Assembly (NCBI GenBank): GCA_016234725.1
Contig: JACRAK010000029.1
Coordinates: forward strand, 1-55,976
DNA length: 55,976 bases
Reading direction: 5' to 3'
Source of the DNA: Candidatus Azambacteria bacterium
GTDB taxonomy: Bacteria; Patescibacteriota; Minisyncoccia; GWC2-36-17; WO2-46-25
Positions 17,554 to 26,993 of the stretch are shown here, piece by piece (position 1 is the stretch's first letter; every line of letters starts with the position of its first letter). The position numbers and the translations under genes are program-made. The notes beneath the pieces were generated by a model. The model made no database searches and was not told the origin of the DNA. It saw nothing but the letters and a program-made list of their open reading frames with translations.

Positions 17554-19242
17554 TTATTGTTTTTCCTCCGAACCGCTCACGGGGAAAAGCCGCGAAAGGA
17601 ATATTCTTTTTACCGGAAGCGAGAACGACTGCACGACTGAAGCGAATTCCGGGATACGGAGTATGTGCGACGCGGCGCCATACACGATCGCGCCCGCGAC
17701 AAGCGCAAAGCCCCCCTGCGCAAACACGCCCGCAAACGTCTGCATATTCACCCATTGTGCGGCAATATGCAATGCCCCATACACCGCGACCGCCATGCAC
17801 GCTGCGGCTACGTTGATCTTGAACAAGGAGGGAACGATGCGCGCACTGTCAAAATGTTCCACGCGCACCATGAATGCAGAGTACAGCGCTAAGAGGTTTA
17901 TCACGCTCGCAACCGAAAACGCGAGCGGCAACGCAAGGATAGCCGCGTGCGCGAGATCAGAAACCCGAAATATCGCGCCGACCACGCGTGCAAATTCGCC
18001 GCCCGCGGTCATCAGATGAAGAAAATAAAAACTGAGGAGTGCGGCGAGCGCCGTTGATGCGATATTGATGACCACGGGGGTCTTGGTGTCTTGCAGCGCG
18101 TAAAATGCGCGTGAAAAAAGCGGTACCAAGCTTTGCGCAAAGATAGAGAGCGCGAATGCGCCGACTGCCGCCGCGGTCAAGCGCGTATCTTCCCATGAGA
18201 ACTGGCCGTATCCGAGCAGCACGCGCACGAGCTGCGCGCGCATAAGGATAAGAAACAATGAAATAGGGATCACGAAATACAGGATCTGATTGATCGCGTC
18301 ATAGAGCTTGTTTAAGAATGCATCTATGTCCCCTTTCGCGTAGCTGGCGGCAAGAAACGGGAATACCGCACTCACGAACGAAAGTGCGATGATGCTGATG
18401 GGGACGAACTGCAGATCATTCGCAAAATAAAAGACCGCGATGCTTCCCGAGGCGACCGTGGACGCGATCGCCGTGACCACCACGAAATTAAGCTGGTTTG
18501 CCACAAGCCCTACGGTGCGGGGCAGCGAAAGCCGCGCGATCTTTACAAGGCCGAGGTGCCGTAGCGTGAACTCGGGCCTGAAAGAAAACCCGAGTTGCGC
18601 AACCGCGGGGATCTGAATGAGAAAATGAAGCAACGCACCGAGTACAACGCCGACCGCAAGTCCCGCGACGCCGAATGGTTTTACGAGAAACAGCGCGCCG
18701 ATGATGATGCCGATGTTATACATGACCGGCGCGAGCGCAAAGGCAAAGAATCGCCTGCGCGCCTGAAGCATATTACCGATGATGTTGGACGCGCCAAGCA
18801 ATATGGGGCTTAAAAACATGATACGCATCAGGAGTGCGGTCTGCGCCTGCTTTTCCCCGTCAAAGCCGGGCGCGACCAGCGCCACAAGCCACGGCGCGAA
18901 CACCGCGGCGATCGCGGCACATACCGCAAACACCGTGCAAAACACGGTAAGCACGACGTTCGCGAGCCGCCACGCTTCTTCTTTATTGCGCGCCTCGTAT
19001 TCCGCGAACACCGGAATGAACACCGAACTCAATATGCCGAGAATGAGAAGGCTGTACAGGAAGTCCGGGATGAGAAACGCGGCAAAATACACATCCATCG
19101 TATCTCCCGCGCCGAATTCGCCGGCAAAAATGCGGTTGCGCAGGATGCCAAGCGCCTTGGATAAAAAAGAAAAAAAGCCGATCATGACCGCGGCGGAAAA
19201 AATGACATCGAACTCTGCGTTGAAAATATTACGCCATTTCAT
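17554..19242 (-). CDS. murJ: Lipid II flippase MurJ (MviN)
   Basis: SKALGILRN, YFAAFLIPDF and RAFYALQDTKTP; multi-TM. Confidence 0.93.
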   Translation of the reverse strand: MKWRNIFNAEFDVIFSAAVMIGFFSFLSKALGILRNRIFAGEFGAGDTMDVYFAAFLIPDFLYSLLILGILSSVFIPVFAEYEARNKEEAWRLANVVLTVFCTVFAVCAAIAAVFAPWLVALVAPGFDGEKQAQTALLMRIMFLSPILLGASNIIGNMLQARRRFFAFALAPVMYNIGIIIGALFLVKPFGVAGLAVGVVLGALLHFLIQIPAVAQLGFSFRPEFTLRHLGLVKIARLSLPRTVGLVANQLNFVVVTAIASTVASGSIAVFYFANDLQFVPISIIALSFVSAVFPFLAASYAKGDIDAFLNKLYDAINQILYFVIPISLFLILMRAQLVRVLLGYGQFSWEDTRLTAAAVGAFALSIFAQSLVPLFSRAFYALQDTKTPVVINIASTALAALLSFYFLHLMTAGGEFARVVGAIFRVSDLAHAAILALPLAFSVASVINLLALYSAFMVRVEHFDSARIVPSLFKINVAAACMAVAVYGALHIAAQWVNMQTFAGVFAQGGFALVAGAIVYGAASHILRIPEFASVVQSFSLPVKRIFLSRLFPVSGSEEKQ

Positions 19243-21341
19243 TTGATGGTTGCACGTATGATTACATCGGTAGTGCCGTCCATAGAAATTGCCGACAGGT
19301 CTCTTCCTATTTCATCGATCGCCTGCATTCCTTCGGGCGCCACAAGCGAAAAATTGACCCCCGCAGAAACTCCCGGTTGTTTTTGGAATATGAATGTCAT
19401 CGGCGTACGCGATGCCTCCTGCGTAAATGAAAATGGCAGCCGATAGCGGACGATGGCCGTAACACTTTTCTTTCCTACCGCAACCCATCCGCCAAACACC
19501 GTTTTCCCGGATTCTTCAAAAATACGCACGCCCGATGCGTCATTGCGCGTCGCGCGCTCCGACACCGCAAGATCCTCATCAATGATAAATCGCTCCTCTG
19601 CATAATCGATCTGCGGCAGTATCGTTGCCGCGGCGATCCCGGACGCTTCCAGCAGTTCTGATCCGGCAGGAACATATATCCGCATATACCGCTCGTGTTC
19701 TGCGCCCGCGCCGTTTTTGGGAACAAACTGCACCGCGACCGTATTGATGATATCCCCATTCTCTTCGATATGCGTCTCTTTCCACACATCTTCTTGTACC
19801 GCCACCGCGGCGCCGCCGACATCGCTTGATACCACCGCAAGATAATCCGCGCCTTCTTCGCTGATCACTTCCCCGCCCCACCCTTCTCTCACGATCATGT
19901 CCTGATGATCGCGTTCCGCAAGCCACACCAAAATATCCTTTTCACGCAGACCTTCCTGCATCGCCTGCATGAATGCACGGGTAGTGTCGCCCGAAAACGT
20001 CGGGAGGATTTCGCTGATCGCCCTCAGCACGTCTGTGTGCGCAAGACGCTCGCGATTTTCGCTGTTGACCAGTACCCCGTCATTCCCTTTGACCGGCCCG
20101 GTAAGCGCAAGAATATTTTTCAGCGCGCGATCGTTGAGCGCGATGACGCCGTCCGCATCGCCCCCGCCCGACTTCCCGTAAAAATAGGCTATCTTTTTTG
20201 CGGAAAGCGGGAAATCCAAAAACCAATTCGCGTCATGGAGCGCCCACGCGGTGGCGGTCTTCTGGATCGGCTCGGGGGGAACCACATTCACCTGAAGCTG
20301 GCCGTCAACGCCATAGACATCATCAAAAACAATACCGGTGATCGCACCGCCTTGCGTCGTAATAACTCCCACGGAACGGATCGCGCCGCCGGTCGCCCGG
20401 GCGACAGCGCCGTCTTGCGCGACCAATACGAATTTCCGGGGACGCTCCACGCCCAGCGCCCATACGGCAAGTTTCAAATACGATGCGAGCCGTCCCGCAT
20501 GCGCGCCCGCGAGCGCAAGCTGAGGCGCAAGCGCACCGATGTGCGTGCGCGCATCATCGGCTAAAACAGCATCGTCCTTTGCCTCGGCAAATACCTCCTC
20601 CACTCTGCGTGATACGCTAGACGCCTCTGCTATCCCCACCAGCGCGTCACCGATCGATTCCCCCGCTGTCGCGCCCGCATACACATCCTTCATGCGAAAG
20701 AAAGAAGCAAAGGACACCTGAAACAGCGGTTCCATTCCTTGGGCAAGTTTTTCTGCCGCACCGAGAGCCTCCCGTTCAAGTGCCGAGACGCCTGCGGATG
20801 CGCCGCCTCCTCCCCGATGAATGAAAGAAGCGAGTGTGCCTTGCATGGAGGCAACAACCGCGCGACCGCCTTGTTCCCGCTCTGTTGCGCGCTCATGCGC
20901 GGCATGGAACAGAAACATCGCTTGTGCAAGATCAAATTGGGCCAGTGACCGTTGCGCGGAAAGAATGTCTTCGTACGCCGCGCGCGCGTCGGCAAATGCC
21001 GGCACTCCTTGCATGCTCCCGCTCCACCGCCATGCTGCGCCAAAAACAGCGGTAAGCACTACGACGCCGAACGCTCCCGTGAGCGCAATGCGCCATAGAA
21101 AAGAAAATCGGGAACTAAAAGGCGGCGGCGCGGCAACGCGCTGCCATTGCGGCCCTTGCGCCGCCTGTTCGCGCTGATATTGCTCAAAGTATACGTTGCT
21201 TTGCTGATTCGTGTGTTTGAGGTAGAACCGGGCAAATTGCGACTCTTCCCATTCGTGTTCCACGTCAAACGGCGCGTCGCGCTCGGATGCAGCAAATATG
21301 CTTTGTTCCTTTTTTTGTTTTTCCGAAGAAGAGCCGCTCAT
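19239..21341 (-). CDS. DUF4012-like membrane-anchored protein (degenerate)
   Basis: LVAQDGAVARATGG (cf. QNxxExRxTGG), HDANWFLDFP, DGVIA, YMRIYVPAGSEL and FQKQPG. Confidence 0.75.
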   Translation of the reverse strand: MSGSSSEKQKKEQSIFAASERDAPFDVEHEWEESQFARFYLKHTNQQSNVYFEQYQREQAAQGPQWQRVAAPPPFSSRFSFLWRIALTGAFGVVVLTAVFGAAWRWSGSMQGVPAFADARAAYEDILSAQRSLAQFDLAQAMFLFHAAHERATEREQGGRAVVASMQGTLASFIHRGGGGASAGVSALEREALGAAEKLAQGMEPLFQVSFASFFRMKDVYAGATAGESIGDALVGIAEASSVSRRVEEVFAEAKDDAVLADDARTHIGALAPQLALAGAHAGRLASYLKLAVWALGVERPRKFVLVAQDGAVARATGGAIRSVGVITTQGGAITGIVFDDVYGVDGQLQVNVVPPEPIQKTATAWALHDANWFLDFPLSAKKIAYFYGKSGGGDADGVIALNDRALKNILALTGPVKGNDGVLVNSENRERLAHTDVLRAISEILPTFSGDTTRAFMQAMQEGLREKDILVWLAERDHQDMIVREGWGGEVISEEGADYLAVVSSDVGGAAVAVQEDVWKETHIEENGDIINTVAVQFVPKNGAGAEHERYMRIYVPAGSELLEASGIAAATILPQIDYAEERFIIDEDLAVSERATRNDASGVRIFEESGKTVFGGWVAVGKKSVTAIVRYRLPFSFTQEASRTPMTFIFQKQPGVSAGVNFSLVAPEGMQAIDEIGRDLSAISMDGTTDVIIRATIK

Positions 21342-21351
21342 ATCCTTTGTA

Positions 21352-22740
21352 TTAACATGCGGACCGATCACGAAGCACCAGCATAACCGTCCTCAGTAAT
21401 ATTTTAATATCCAAAAAAAGCGACCAATTCTCGATATAATACGTATCAAGCTTGACCTCTTCTTCAAACGGCAGATTCGAAGACCCCGAGATCTGCGCCA
21501 TCCCGGTCATGCCCGCTTTCACCACCAGCAGTTTTTTATGATGTCGTTCATATTGGCCTACCTCTTCCGGCTCATGCGGGCGCGGTCCCACGAGGCTCAT
21601 TTCCCCTTTCAGCACGTTAAAAAGCTGCGGCAACTCATCGATGCGCGTCCTGCGCAGCGCTTTCCCGATACGCGTCACCCGCGGATCATTGTGCATTTTA
21701 AATAACGGGCCGCCGTCATTTCGCTCATTGAATTCCGCAAGCTGTTCTTTCATTTCATGCGCGCGATCAACCATGGAGCGGAATTTATACATCGAAAATT
21801 TCTTTCCTAATGTGATGCGGTCAAGCGCCACAAACACCGGCCCCTGCGAATCGAGTTTCACCAGTATCGCCGTTGCCGCAAACAAGGGCGACAGCGTAAT
21901 GAGCCCCGCCGCCGCGCCAACGCAATCCATGATCCGCTTGATCACCCGCCCCCACCCATCAAGCGCGGTGTGCTTCACCTCAATGAGCGGAATGCCGCCC
22001 ACCACGTCCACCTCCACATTCGTCGTAAGCGCCTGAAAAAGCGTCGGCGCAAAACGGAACGTCAAATGCCGATCGCGGCAGAATTCCGCAAGCTCCACGA
22101 TCGCTTCTTTGCCGTAATCCGCGCGCCCCACGATGACCGCATCAATGCCTGGGTTTTCGATCGCTTGTTTTATTCCTTCCAGATCAAGCGCCGCGATCTG
22201 TTTTACCACGCGATACCGCAGCGAAGGATTGCGTCCTATTTCGCGTTTAAGGATATCCGAAACCTCGTCATCGCCGATAATGAGCGCGCGTTTTACGCCA
22301 AACTGATATCGCACCGCGCAATACCGCTCCACCACGCGAAGCACCATCCTCCCTAAAAACACATAGCCGATCGTAAGCGCCCATGCGGCGATCACGATGA
22401 ACCTCGAATCAAACCATTCACGCGTGATAAAGATGTAAATGATGATGGCCATCATCGCAAACGACGCCGCAGCGACCACTTGGAAAAATTCTTGGATGAT
22501 GTCCCCGCGCCTTGAGCGATACAGGCCGATGAGCGCGAACATCGCCATGCAAAAAGGAATGAATGACAGAAGAATAATGATGTACTTCTCAAGCGGCAGA
22601 TTCAAATAAAAGAGCACCGGACGATACTGGCTGACCAGCGCGCTGGTGCGCAAAAAATACGCGGAGATGCCCGCGAAAAACAGCATGATAAAATCAACCG
22701 GCACAAGCGCGACCGTGAACAAAAGCGCCGCTTTTTTCAT
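21352..22740 (-). CDS. Exopolysaccharide polyprenyl glycosylphosphotransferase (WcaJ/WbaP-like)
   Basis: KFRSM, DPRVTRIG, IDELPQLFNVLKGEMSLVGPRP and GMTGMAQ. Confidence 0.93.
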   Translation of the reverse strand: MKKAALLFTVALVPVDFIMLFFAGISAYFLRTSALVSQYRPVLFYLNLPLEKYIIILLSFIPFCMAMFALIGLYRSRRGDIIQEFFQVVAAASFAMMAIIIYIFITREWFDSRFIVIAAWALTIGYVFLGRMVLRVVERYCAVRYQFGVKRALIIGDDEVSDILKREIGRNPSLRYRVVKQIAALDLEGIKQAIENPGIDAVIVGRADYGKEAIVELAEFCRDRHLTFRFAPTLFQALTTNVEVDVVGGIPLIEVKHTALDGWGRVIKRIMDCVGAAAGLITLSPLFAATAILVKLDSQGPVFVALDRITLGKKFSMYKFRSMVDRAHEMKEQLAEFNERNDGGPLFKMHNDPRVTRIGKALRRTRIDELPQLFNVLKGEMSLVGPRPHEPEEVGQYERHHKKLLVVKAGMTGMAQISGSSNLPFEEEVKLDTYYIENWSLFLDIKILLRTVMLVLRDRSAC

Positions 22741-22749
22741 AGTACCCGC

Positions 22750-22778
22750 ATCATAGCGAAATACCGCGTATTATTCAA
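22750..22778 (-). promoter_or_regulatory. Sigma70-type promoter, near-leaderless transcript
   Basis: TTGAAT-17 nt-TATGAT, ending 10 nt upstream of the ATG. Confidence 0.5.
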
Positions 22779-22900
22779 CCCGCCTAAATTTTTGCACTCA
22801 TGTGCACGATGCTGGCCACATATCTGCTCTGGTTCTAGTATTGCAACCGTATAAAACCGTTTGTTTAAAGAGCTACTTTTAGTGCAAAAACTTAGGCGGG
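22779..22900. mobile_element. Family F palindromic element (CCCGCC...GGCGGG ends)
   Basis: TIR cccgcctaaatttttgcact / agtgcaaaaacttaggcggg (19/20), flanked by TCAA on both sides. Confidence 0.8.
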
Positions 22901-23098
22901 TCAATCCCAAAAAATATGCCCGCTCCTCACTAATAAGGAAAAGGCGGCATATATAAGGAAATTCACCGCATGAAATTGGGAAAATATAAGTTCCTCAGAG
23001 CAAGACTTGAGGAACCTATATTTCGTCTTCACTCGGACGCTGTGCACGAGATTACTCGTCCCCGCGCTCCTCGCTAGCCAAAATAAGGAAATATAAAC

Positions 23099-23125
23099 AA
23101 AAAGCGAGGAAATCCTCGCTTTTTT
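23099..23125. terminator. Intrinsic terminator downstream of rnpB
   Basis: aaaaagcgagga-aa-tcctcgcttttt. Confidence 0.7.
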
Positions 23126-23153
23126 GCATACGGGCATTCGGAGCAAACCGGTG

Positions 23154-23590
23154 AAGATGTACGTAAGCCGGATTCTGTTCCGCCAGCCGGAAAACCGGCC
23201 GGTCGGCGACGATCATTTCTCTTGTCACCGCATTACTGCGGTGATCATGCGACTACCTGCTTTCAAGGAAAGCATATTGTCTTGCACCCGACAAGGATTT
23301 GGCCGTTTCACCCCCGGTGTTGCCATCGGGGCTCGCCCTTGCTCGCTTGCGCGAGAAGGGCGCCTTCCGTCTTTCGTTGGAAAGCGTCTCTGTTCGCACC
23401 TCTAAGGTCGCCCTCGACGGCCGTTAGCCGCTGCCGTTGCCCGCCCAAATTTTTTATCTCTTGACTTTTTGTCGCGCATGCGCAAACGGCGTTTTTCGCG
23501 TTCGCAAAAAATAAAAAATTTGGGCGGGCGGGTGTCCGGACTTTCCTCTCCCCCGCGTTACCGCGTGAGAGCGATCGTCTGTGCATCTTA
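23154..23590 (-). ncRNA. rnpB: RNase P RNA with a family F-like hairpin insertion
   Basis: Universal motifs GAGGAAAGTCC and AACAGAATCCGGCTTA; P1 AAGATGCAC/GTACATCTT. Confidence 0.95.
23440..23528. mobile_element. Family F-like element inside rnpB
   Basis: cccgcccaaatttttta / taaaaaatttgggcggg, perfect 17-bp inverted repeat. Confidence 0.8.
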
Positions 23591-23654
23591 GCATCCCGGT
23601 TTGCTCCGGATGCCCGTAAAATATCCGATGAAATGAACAAAATATCGCCTTTAT

Positions 23655-23683
23655 AGTATACAAGAAAGCGTCTAAAAAGTCAA
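23655..23683 (-). promoter_or_regulatory. rnpB promoter
   Basis: TTGACT-17 nt-TATACT. Confidence 0.65.
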
Positions 23684-23892
23684 ATCATCGCGGCAAAAAA
23701 AACGGTTCGCGCGCGTATTGACACGGGGGTTATCCACTCCTTTGCGCATCACTTGCGCGCTGTGATATGATACGAAAATACGGAGAAAAATTAGCCCCTT
23801 TATTTATCATATTATAACTATTAAGAAGACGGGATTGCGATTTGTGTCTGCGCGCAACGCGCAGACAAATCGGGAACCCATTTTTTATCACT

Positions 23893-25959
23893 ATGCCCGC
23901 CGCAATAAAGTTCACAGAGATCCGCAAACGAGATGGGAGGATCGTTCCTTTTGACAAAGACAAGATCACTGCGGCGCTCGAAAAAGCGGGGTTCGCGACC
24001 GGTGAATTCGGGCATGATGTTGCGGCACATTTGATGCAGCGGGCGCTTGATGTCACGCAGGAGAAGATCGCGGGCAAGGTCCCCATGGTGGAAGAGATCC
24101 AAGATGCCGTTGAAGAGGCGCTCCTTGGCTCGCGCTACAAAAAAACCGCAAAGGCGTATATTATTTACCGCGACCAGCACGCAAAAATGCGTGAATTGGT
24201 GTCTGCGGCAAATGTGGACCTGGTAGACAGCTATCTGGAGAAGCTCGACTGGCAAGTGCGCGAGAACAGCAACATGTCGTACTCGCTCCAGGGGCTTAAT
24301 AACTACCTTTCTTCTGAGATCAGCAAGATCTACTGGATGAACAAGATCTATACGCCCGAGATCGCCAAAGCGCACATGGGAGGCGACCTCCACATCCACG
24401 ATCTCAACCTCCTTGCGTCGTATTGCGTCGGGTGGGACCTGCAACACCTGATCGCGGAGGGTTTTAAAGGCGTCCCCGGCAAAGCGGAAAGCAAACCGCC
24501 CAAGCATTTCCGCAGCGCACTCGGCCAAGTGGTGAACTTCTTTTATACACTCCAGGGGGAATCGGCCGGCGCACAGGCGTTCTCCAACTTCGATACACTG
24601 CTTGCGCCGTTCATCCGTTACGACAACCTTACCTATGACGAAGTAAAACAAGCGATGCAGGAGTTCATGTTCAATATGAACGTGCCGACGCGCGTCGGCT
24701 TCCAGACGCCGTTCACCAACATTACGATGGATATGCATCCGTCGTCGATCTACGCGAAGTCCCCCGTCGTCATCGGCGGCAAGCCGCAAAAAGAAACATA
24801 CGGCGAATTCCAAAAAGAGATGGACATGCTCAACAAAGCGTTCTTTGAAGTGATGATCGCGGGCGACGCGAAAGGCAGGCCGTTCACATTCCCCATTCCT
24901 ACCTATAACATCACCAATGATTTTGAATGGGACAATCCGAACTTCAAGCCGTTGTGGGAGATGACCGCAAAATACGGCATCCCGTATTTTGCGAACTTCG
25001 TGAATTCGGACATGTCCCCCGACGACTCGCGTTCCATGTGCTGCCGGTTGCGGCTTGACCTGCGCGCGCTTGAGCGCCGCGGCGGCGGCCTGTTCGGCGC
25101 CAACCCGCTCACCGGTTCCATCGGCGTTGTCACCATCAATCTCCCCCGTATCGGGTATCTCGCAAAATCAAAGGAAGATTTCTTTGCCCGCGTTGAAAAA
25201 CTGATGAAGATCGCGCGGGAAAGCCTTGAGATCAAGCGCAAATGCCTTGAGCGCTTCACTGACCGCGATCTGTATCCATATACGAAGTTCTACCTTGCGA
25301 GCGTGAAACAGCGCTTCAATCAATACTGGGCGAACCACTTCTCCACCATCGGCATCGTAGGGATGAACGAAGCATGTCTTAATCTCCTCAAAAAAAGCAT
25401 CACGGATGATGAGGGGCATGCATTCGCGGAATCAGTGCTTGATTTCATGCGCGATAAACTCCTTGAGTTCCAAGATGAGACCGGCAATCACTATAATCTT
25501 GAAGCGACCCCCGCCGAAGGCACCGCATACCGCCTCGCAAAGATAGACAAAGCGGCGTACCCAGACATTGTCTGCGCGAACGAAAAGCAATATAGAGAAG
25601 GCGCAAAGCCGTTTTACACGAACTCGACGCACCTCCCCGTCGGGCACACCGACGATATCTTTGAAGCGCTCGACCTTCAAGACAGCCTGCAAACGCGCTA
25701 TACCGGCGGCACCGTGCTCCATGGGTTCATCGGCGAAAGCATGCCGTCAGCGGAAGCAACGAAGAACTTGGTCAAAAAAGTCGTTTCGCAATACCGTTTG
25801 CCGTATTTCACGATCACACCGACATTCAGTATTTGCCCGACGCACGGATATATCCCCGGAGAACACTACTATTGCCCGCGCTGCGATGAAGCGCTTGAAC
25901 AACATAATGCCGTACCGGCACAAAAAAAGGTCGAAGAAGCAGCAGTGGTAAAAAAATAA
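23893..25959 (+). CDS. nrdD: Class III (anaerobic) ribonucleotide reductase with ATP cone, lacking the C-terminal glycyl-radical segment
   Basis: IRKRDGRIVPFD ATP cone; HIHDL; SMCCRL; ATPAEG; TPTFSICPTHGY...CPRC; no RVxGY. Confidence 0.93.
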   Translation: MPAAIKFTEIRKRDGRIVPFDKDKITAALEKAGFATGEFGHDVAAHLMQRALDVTQEKIAGKVPMVEEIQDAVEEALLGSRYKKTAKAYIIYRDQHAKMRELVSAANVDLVDSYLEKLDWQVRENSNMSYSLQGLNNYLSSEISKIYWMNKIYTPEIAKAHMGGDLHIHDLNLLASYCVGWDLQHLIAEGFKGVPGKAESKPPKHFRSALGQVVNFFYTLQGESAGAQAFSNFDTLLAPFIRYDNLTYDEVKQAMQEFMFNMNVPTRVGFQTPFTNITMDMHPSSIYAKSPVVIGGKPQKETYGEFQKEMDMLNKAFFEVMIAGDAKGRPFTFPIPTYNITNDFEWDNPNFKPLWEMTAKYGIPYFANFVNSDMSPDDSRSMCCRLRLDLRALERRGGGLFGANPLTGSIGVVTINLPRIGYLAKSKEDFFARVEKLMKIARESLEIKRKCLERFTDRDLYPYTKFYLASVKQRFNQYWANHFSTIGIVGMNEACLNLLKKSITDDEGHAFAESVLDFMRDKLLEFQDETGNHYNLEATPAEGTAYRLAKIDKAAYPDIVCANEKQYREGAKPFYTNSTHLPVGHTDDIFEALDLQDSLQTRYTGGTVLHGFIGESMPSAEATKNLVKKVVSQYRLPYFTITPTFSICPTHGYIPGEHYYCPRCDEALEQHNAVPAQKKVEEAAVVKK

Positions 25960-25969
25960 TTCACACCTT

Positions 25970-26122
25970 ATGGAAAACGAGAAACGTCAGCGCTGTGAAG
26001 TATACTCCCGCGTCGTCGGCTACCTCCGCCCCGTGTCCCAGTGGAACGAAGGCAAACAGGAGGAATTCAACGACCGTAAAGAGTATAACAAACAACTCGA
26101 AGTGACCGACTGCGCCTGCTAA
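25970..26122 (+). CDS. Stand-alone NrdD glycyl-radical domain (50 aa)
   Basis: MENEKRQRCEVYSRVVGYLRPVSQWNEGKQEEFNDRKEYNKQLEVTDCAC; below the ORF-track cutoff. Confidence 0.88.
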   Translation: MENEKRQRCEVYSRVVGYLRPVSQWNEGKQEEFNDRKEYNKQLEVTDCAC

Positions 26123-26158
26123 GTAAAGCTTCCGACGTGGCCTTCCCTTTGACTATGA

Positions 26159-26268
26159 CCACCGTCATTTTCAATTCTTTCTTTAATCCGTTCACGCTCT
26201 TGTATGTAAGGATCATTGAAGAGCTGCACTTCCGTTAAAATAAAAGAAAGAATTGAAAATGACGGTGG
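26159..26268. repeat. Family C element, copy 2 (reverse orientation)
   Basis: Stem ccaccgtcattttcaattctttcttt / aaagaaagaattgaaaatgacggtgg plus conserved cores. Confidence 0.82.
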
Positions 26269-26278
26269 CATAAGAACT

Positions 26279-26977
26279 ATGAATATCGGAGGATGGCAAA
26301 AAGTAAGCCTCGTGGATTTCCCGGGGAAGATCGCAACCATTGTCTTTACGAATGGTTGCGTTTTTCGTTGCAGTTTCTGCTATAACCCCGACCTCGTCGT
26401 CGGCCCCTTTCCCGCGCGCATCCTTGAGGATGAATTCTTCGCATTCCTTGAGAAAAGAAAAGGCAAGATCGAGGGCGTCGTCATCACCGGCGGCGAGCCG
26501 ACCGTACAGGCAAACCTTGTCGCCTTTATGCAAAAAATAAAAGCGATGGGGTTTGCGGTGAAGCTCGACACCTGCGGGTATCTGTCCGACCGCGTTAAAG
26601 AAGCGCTTGCAAGCGGCGCGGTGGATTATGTCGCAATGGACATCAAAGCGCCGCTTGAAAAATATTCGCTCATCACCAATATACCGGTCGAGACCGACCG
26701 CATCCTTGAAAGCATTCGCTGTATCATCAACTCGGGTATCCCGCATGAATTCCGTTCTACGCTCGTGGAAGGCATTCATGAACCTGACGATATTTTAAAA
26801 ATGGCGCAGCTTATTACGGGGGCTGACGCCTACTACCTGCAACGCTTCCGAAGCGCAGAAAAACTCATCAACGCGTCATTCAAAGAAAAAACAGCGCCAT
26901 CCGAAGCGCTGCTCAAAGACCTCGCCGCGCAATGCGAAAAATATGTGAAAAAATGCGAATTGCGCGCGGCGGCGTAA
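26279..26977 (+). CDS. nrdG: Anaerobic RNR activating radical SAM enzyme
   Basis: GCVFRCSFCYNP (CxxxCxxC), ITGGEPT; downstream of nrdD. Confidence 0.93.
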   Translation: MNIGGWQKVSLVDFPGKIATIVFTNGCVFRCSFCYNPDLVVGPFPARILEDEFFAFLEKRKGKIEGVVITGGEPTVQANLVAFMQKIKAMGFAVKLDTCGYLSDRVKEALASGAVDYVAMDIKAPLEKYSLITNIPVETDRILESIRCIINSGIPHEFRSTLVEGIHEPDDILKMAQLITGADAYYLQRFRSAEKLINASFKEKTAPSEALLKDLAAQCEKYVKKCELRAAA

Positions 26978-26993
26978 AATATTTTGAATTATA

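Noticed and set aside
23730-23738. TTATCCACT as a DnaA box or origin signal upstream of nrdD
   Set aside because: It is a single 8/9 match with no cluster, which is not enough support.
23821-24813. Long antisense ORFs (e.g. 23821-24813, 30489-31364, 46837-47739)
   Set aside because: They are shadows of well-supported genes on the opposite strand, as expected with this codon bias.
26216-26278. Extended NrdG N-terminus
   Set aside because: It derives from the family C element; MNIGG at 26279 matches typical NrdG starts.
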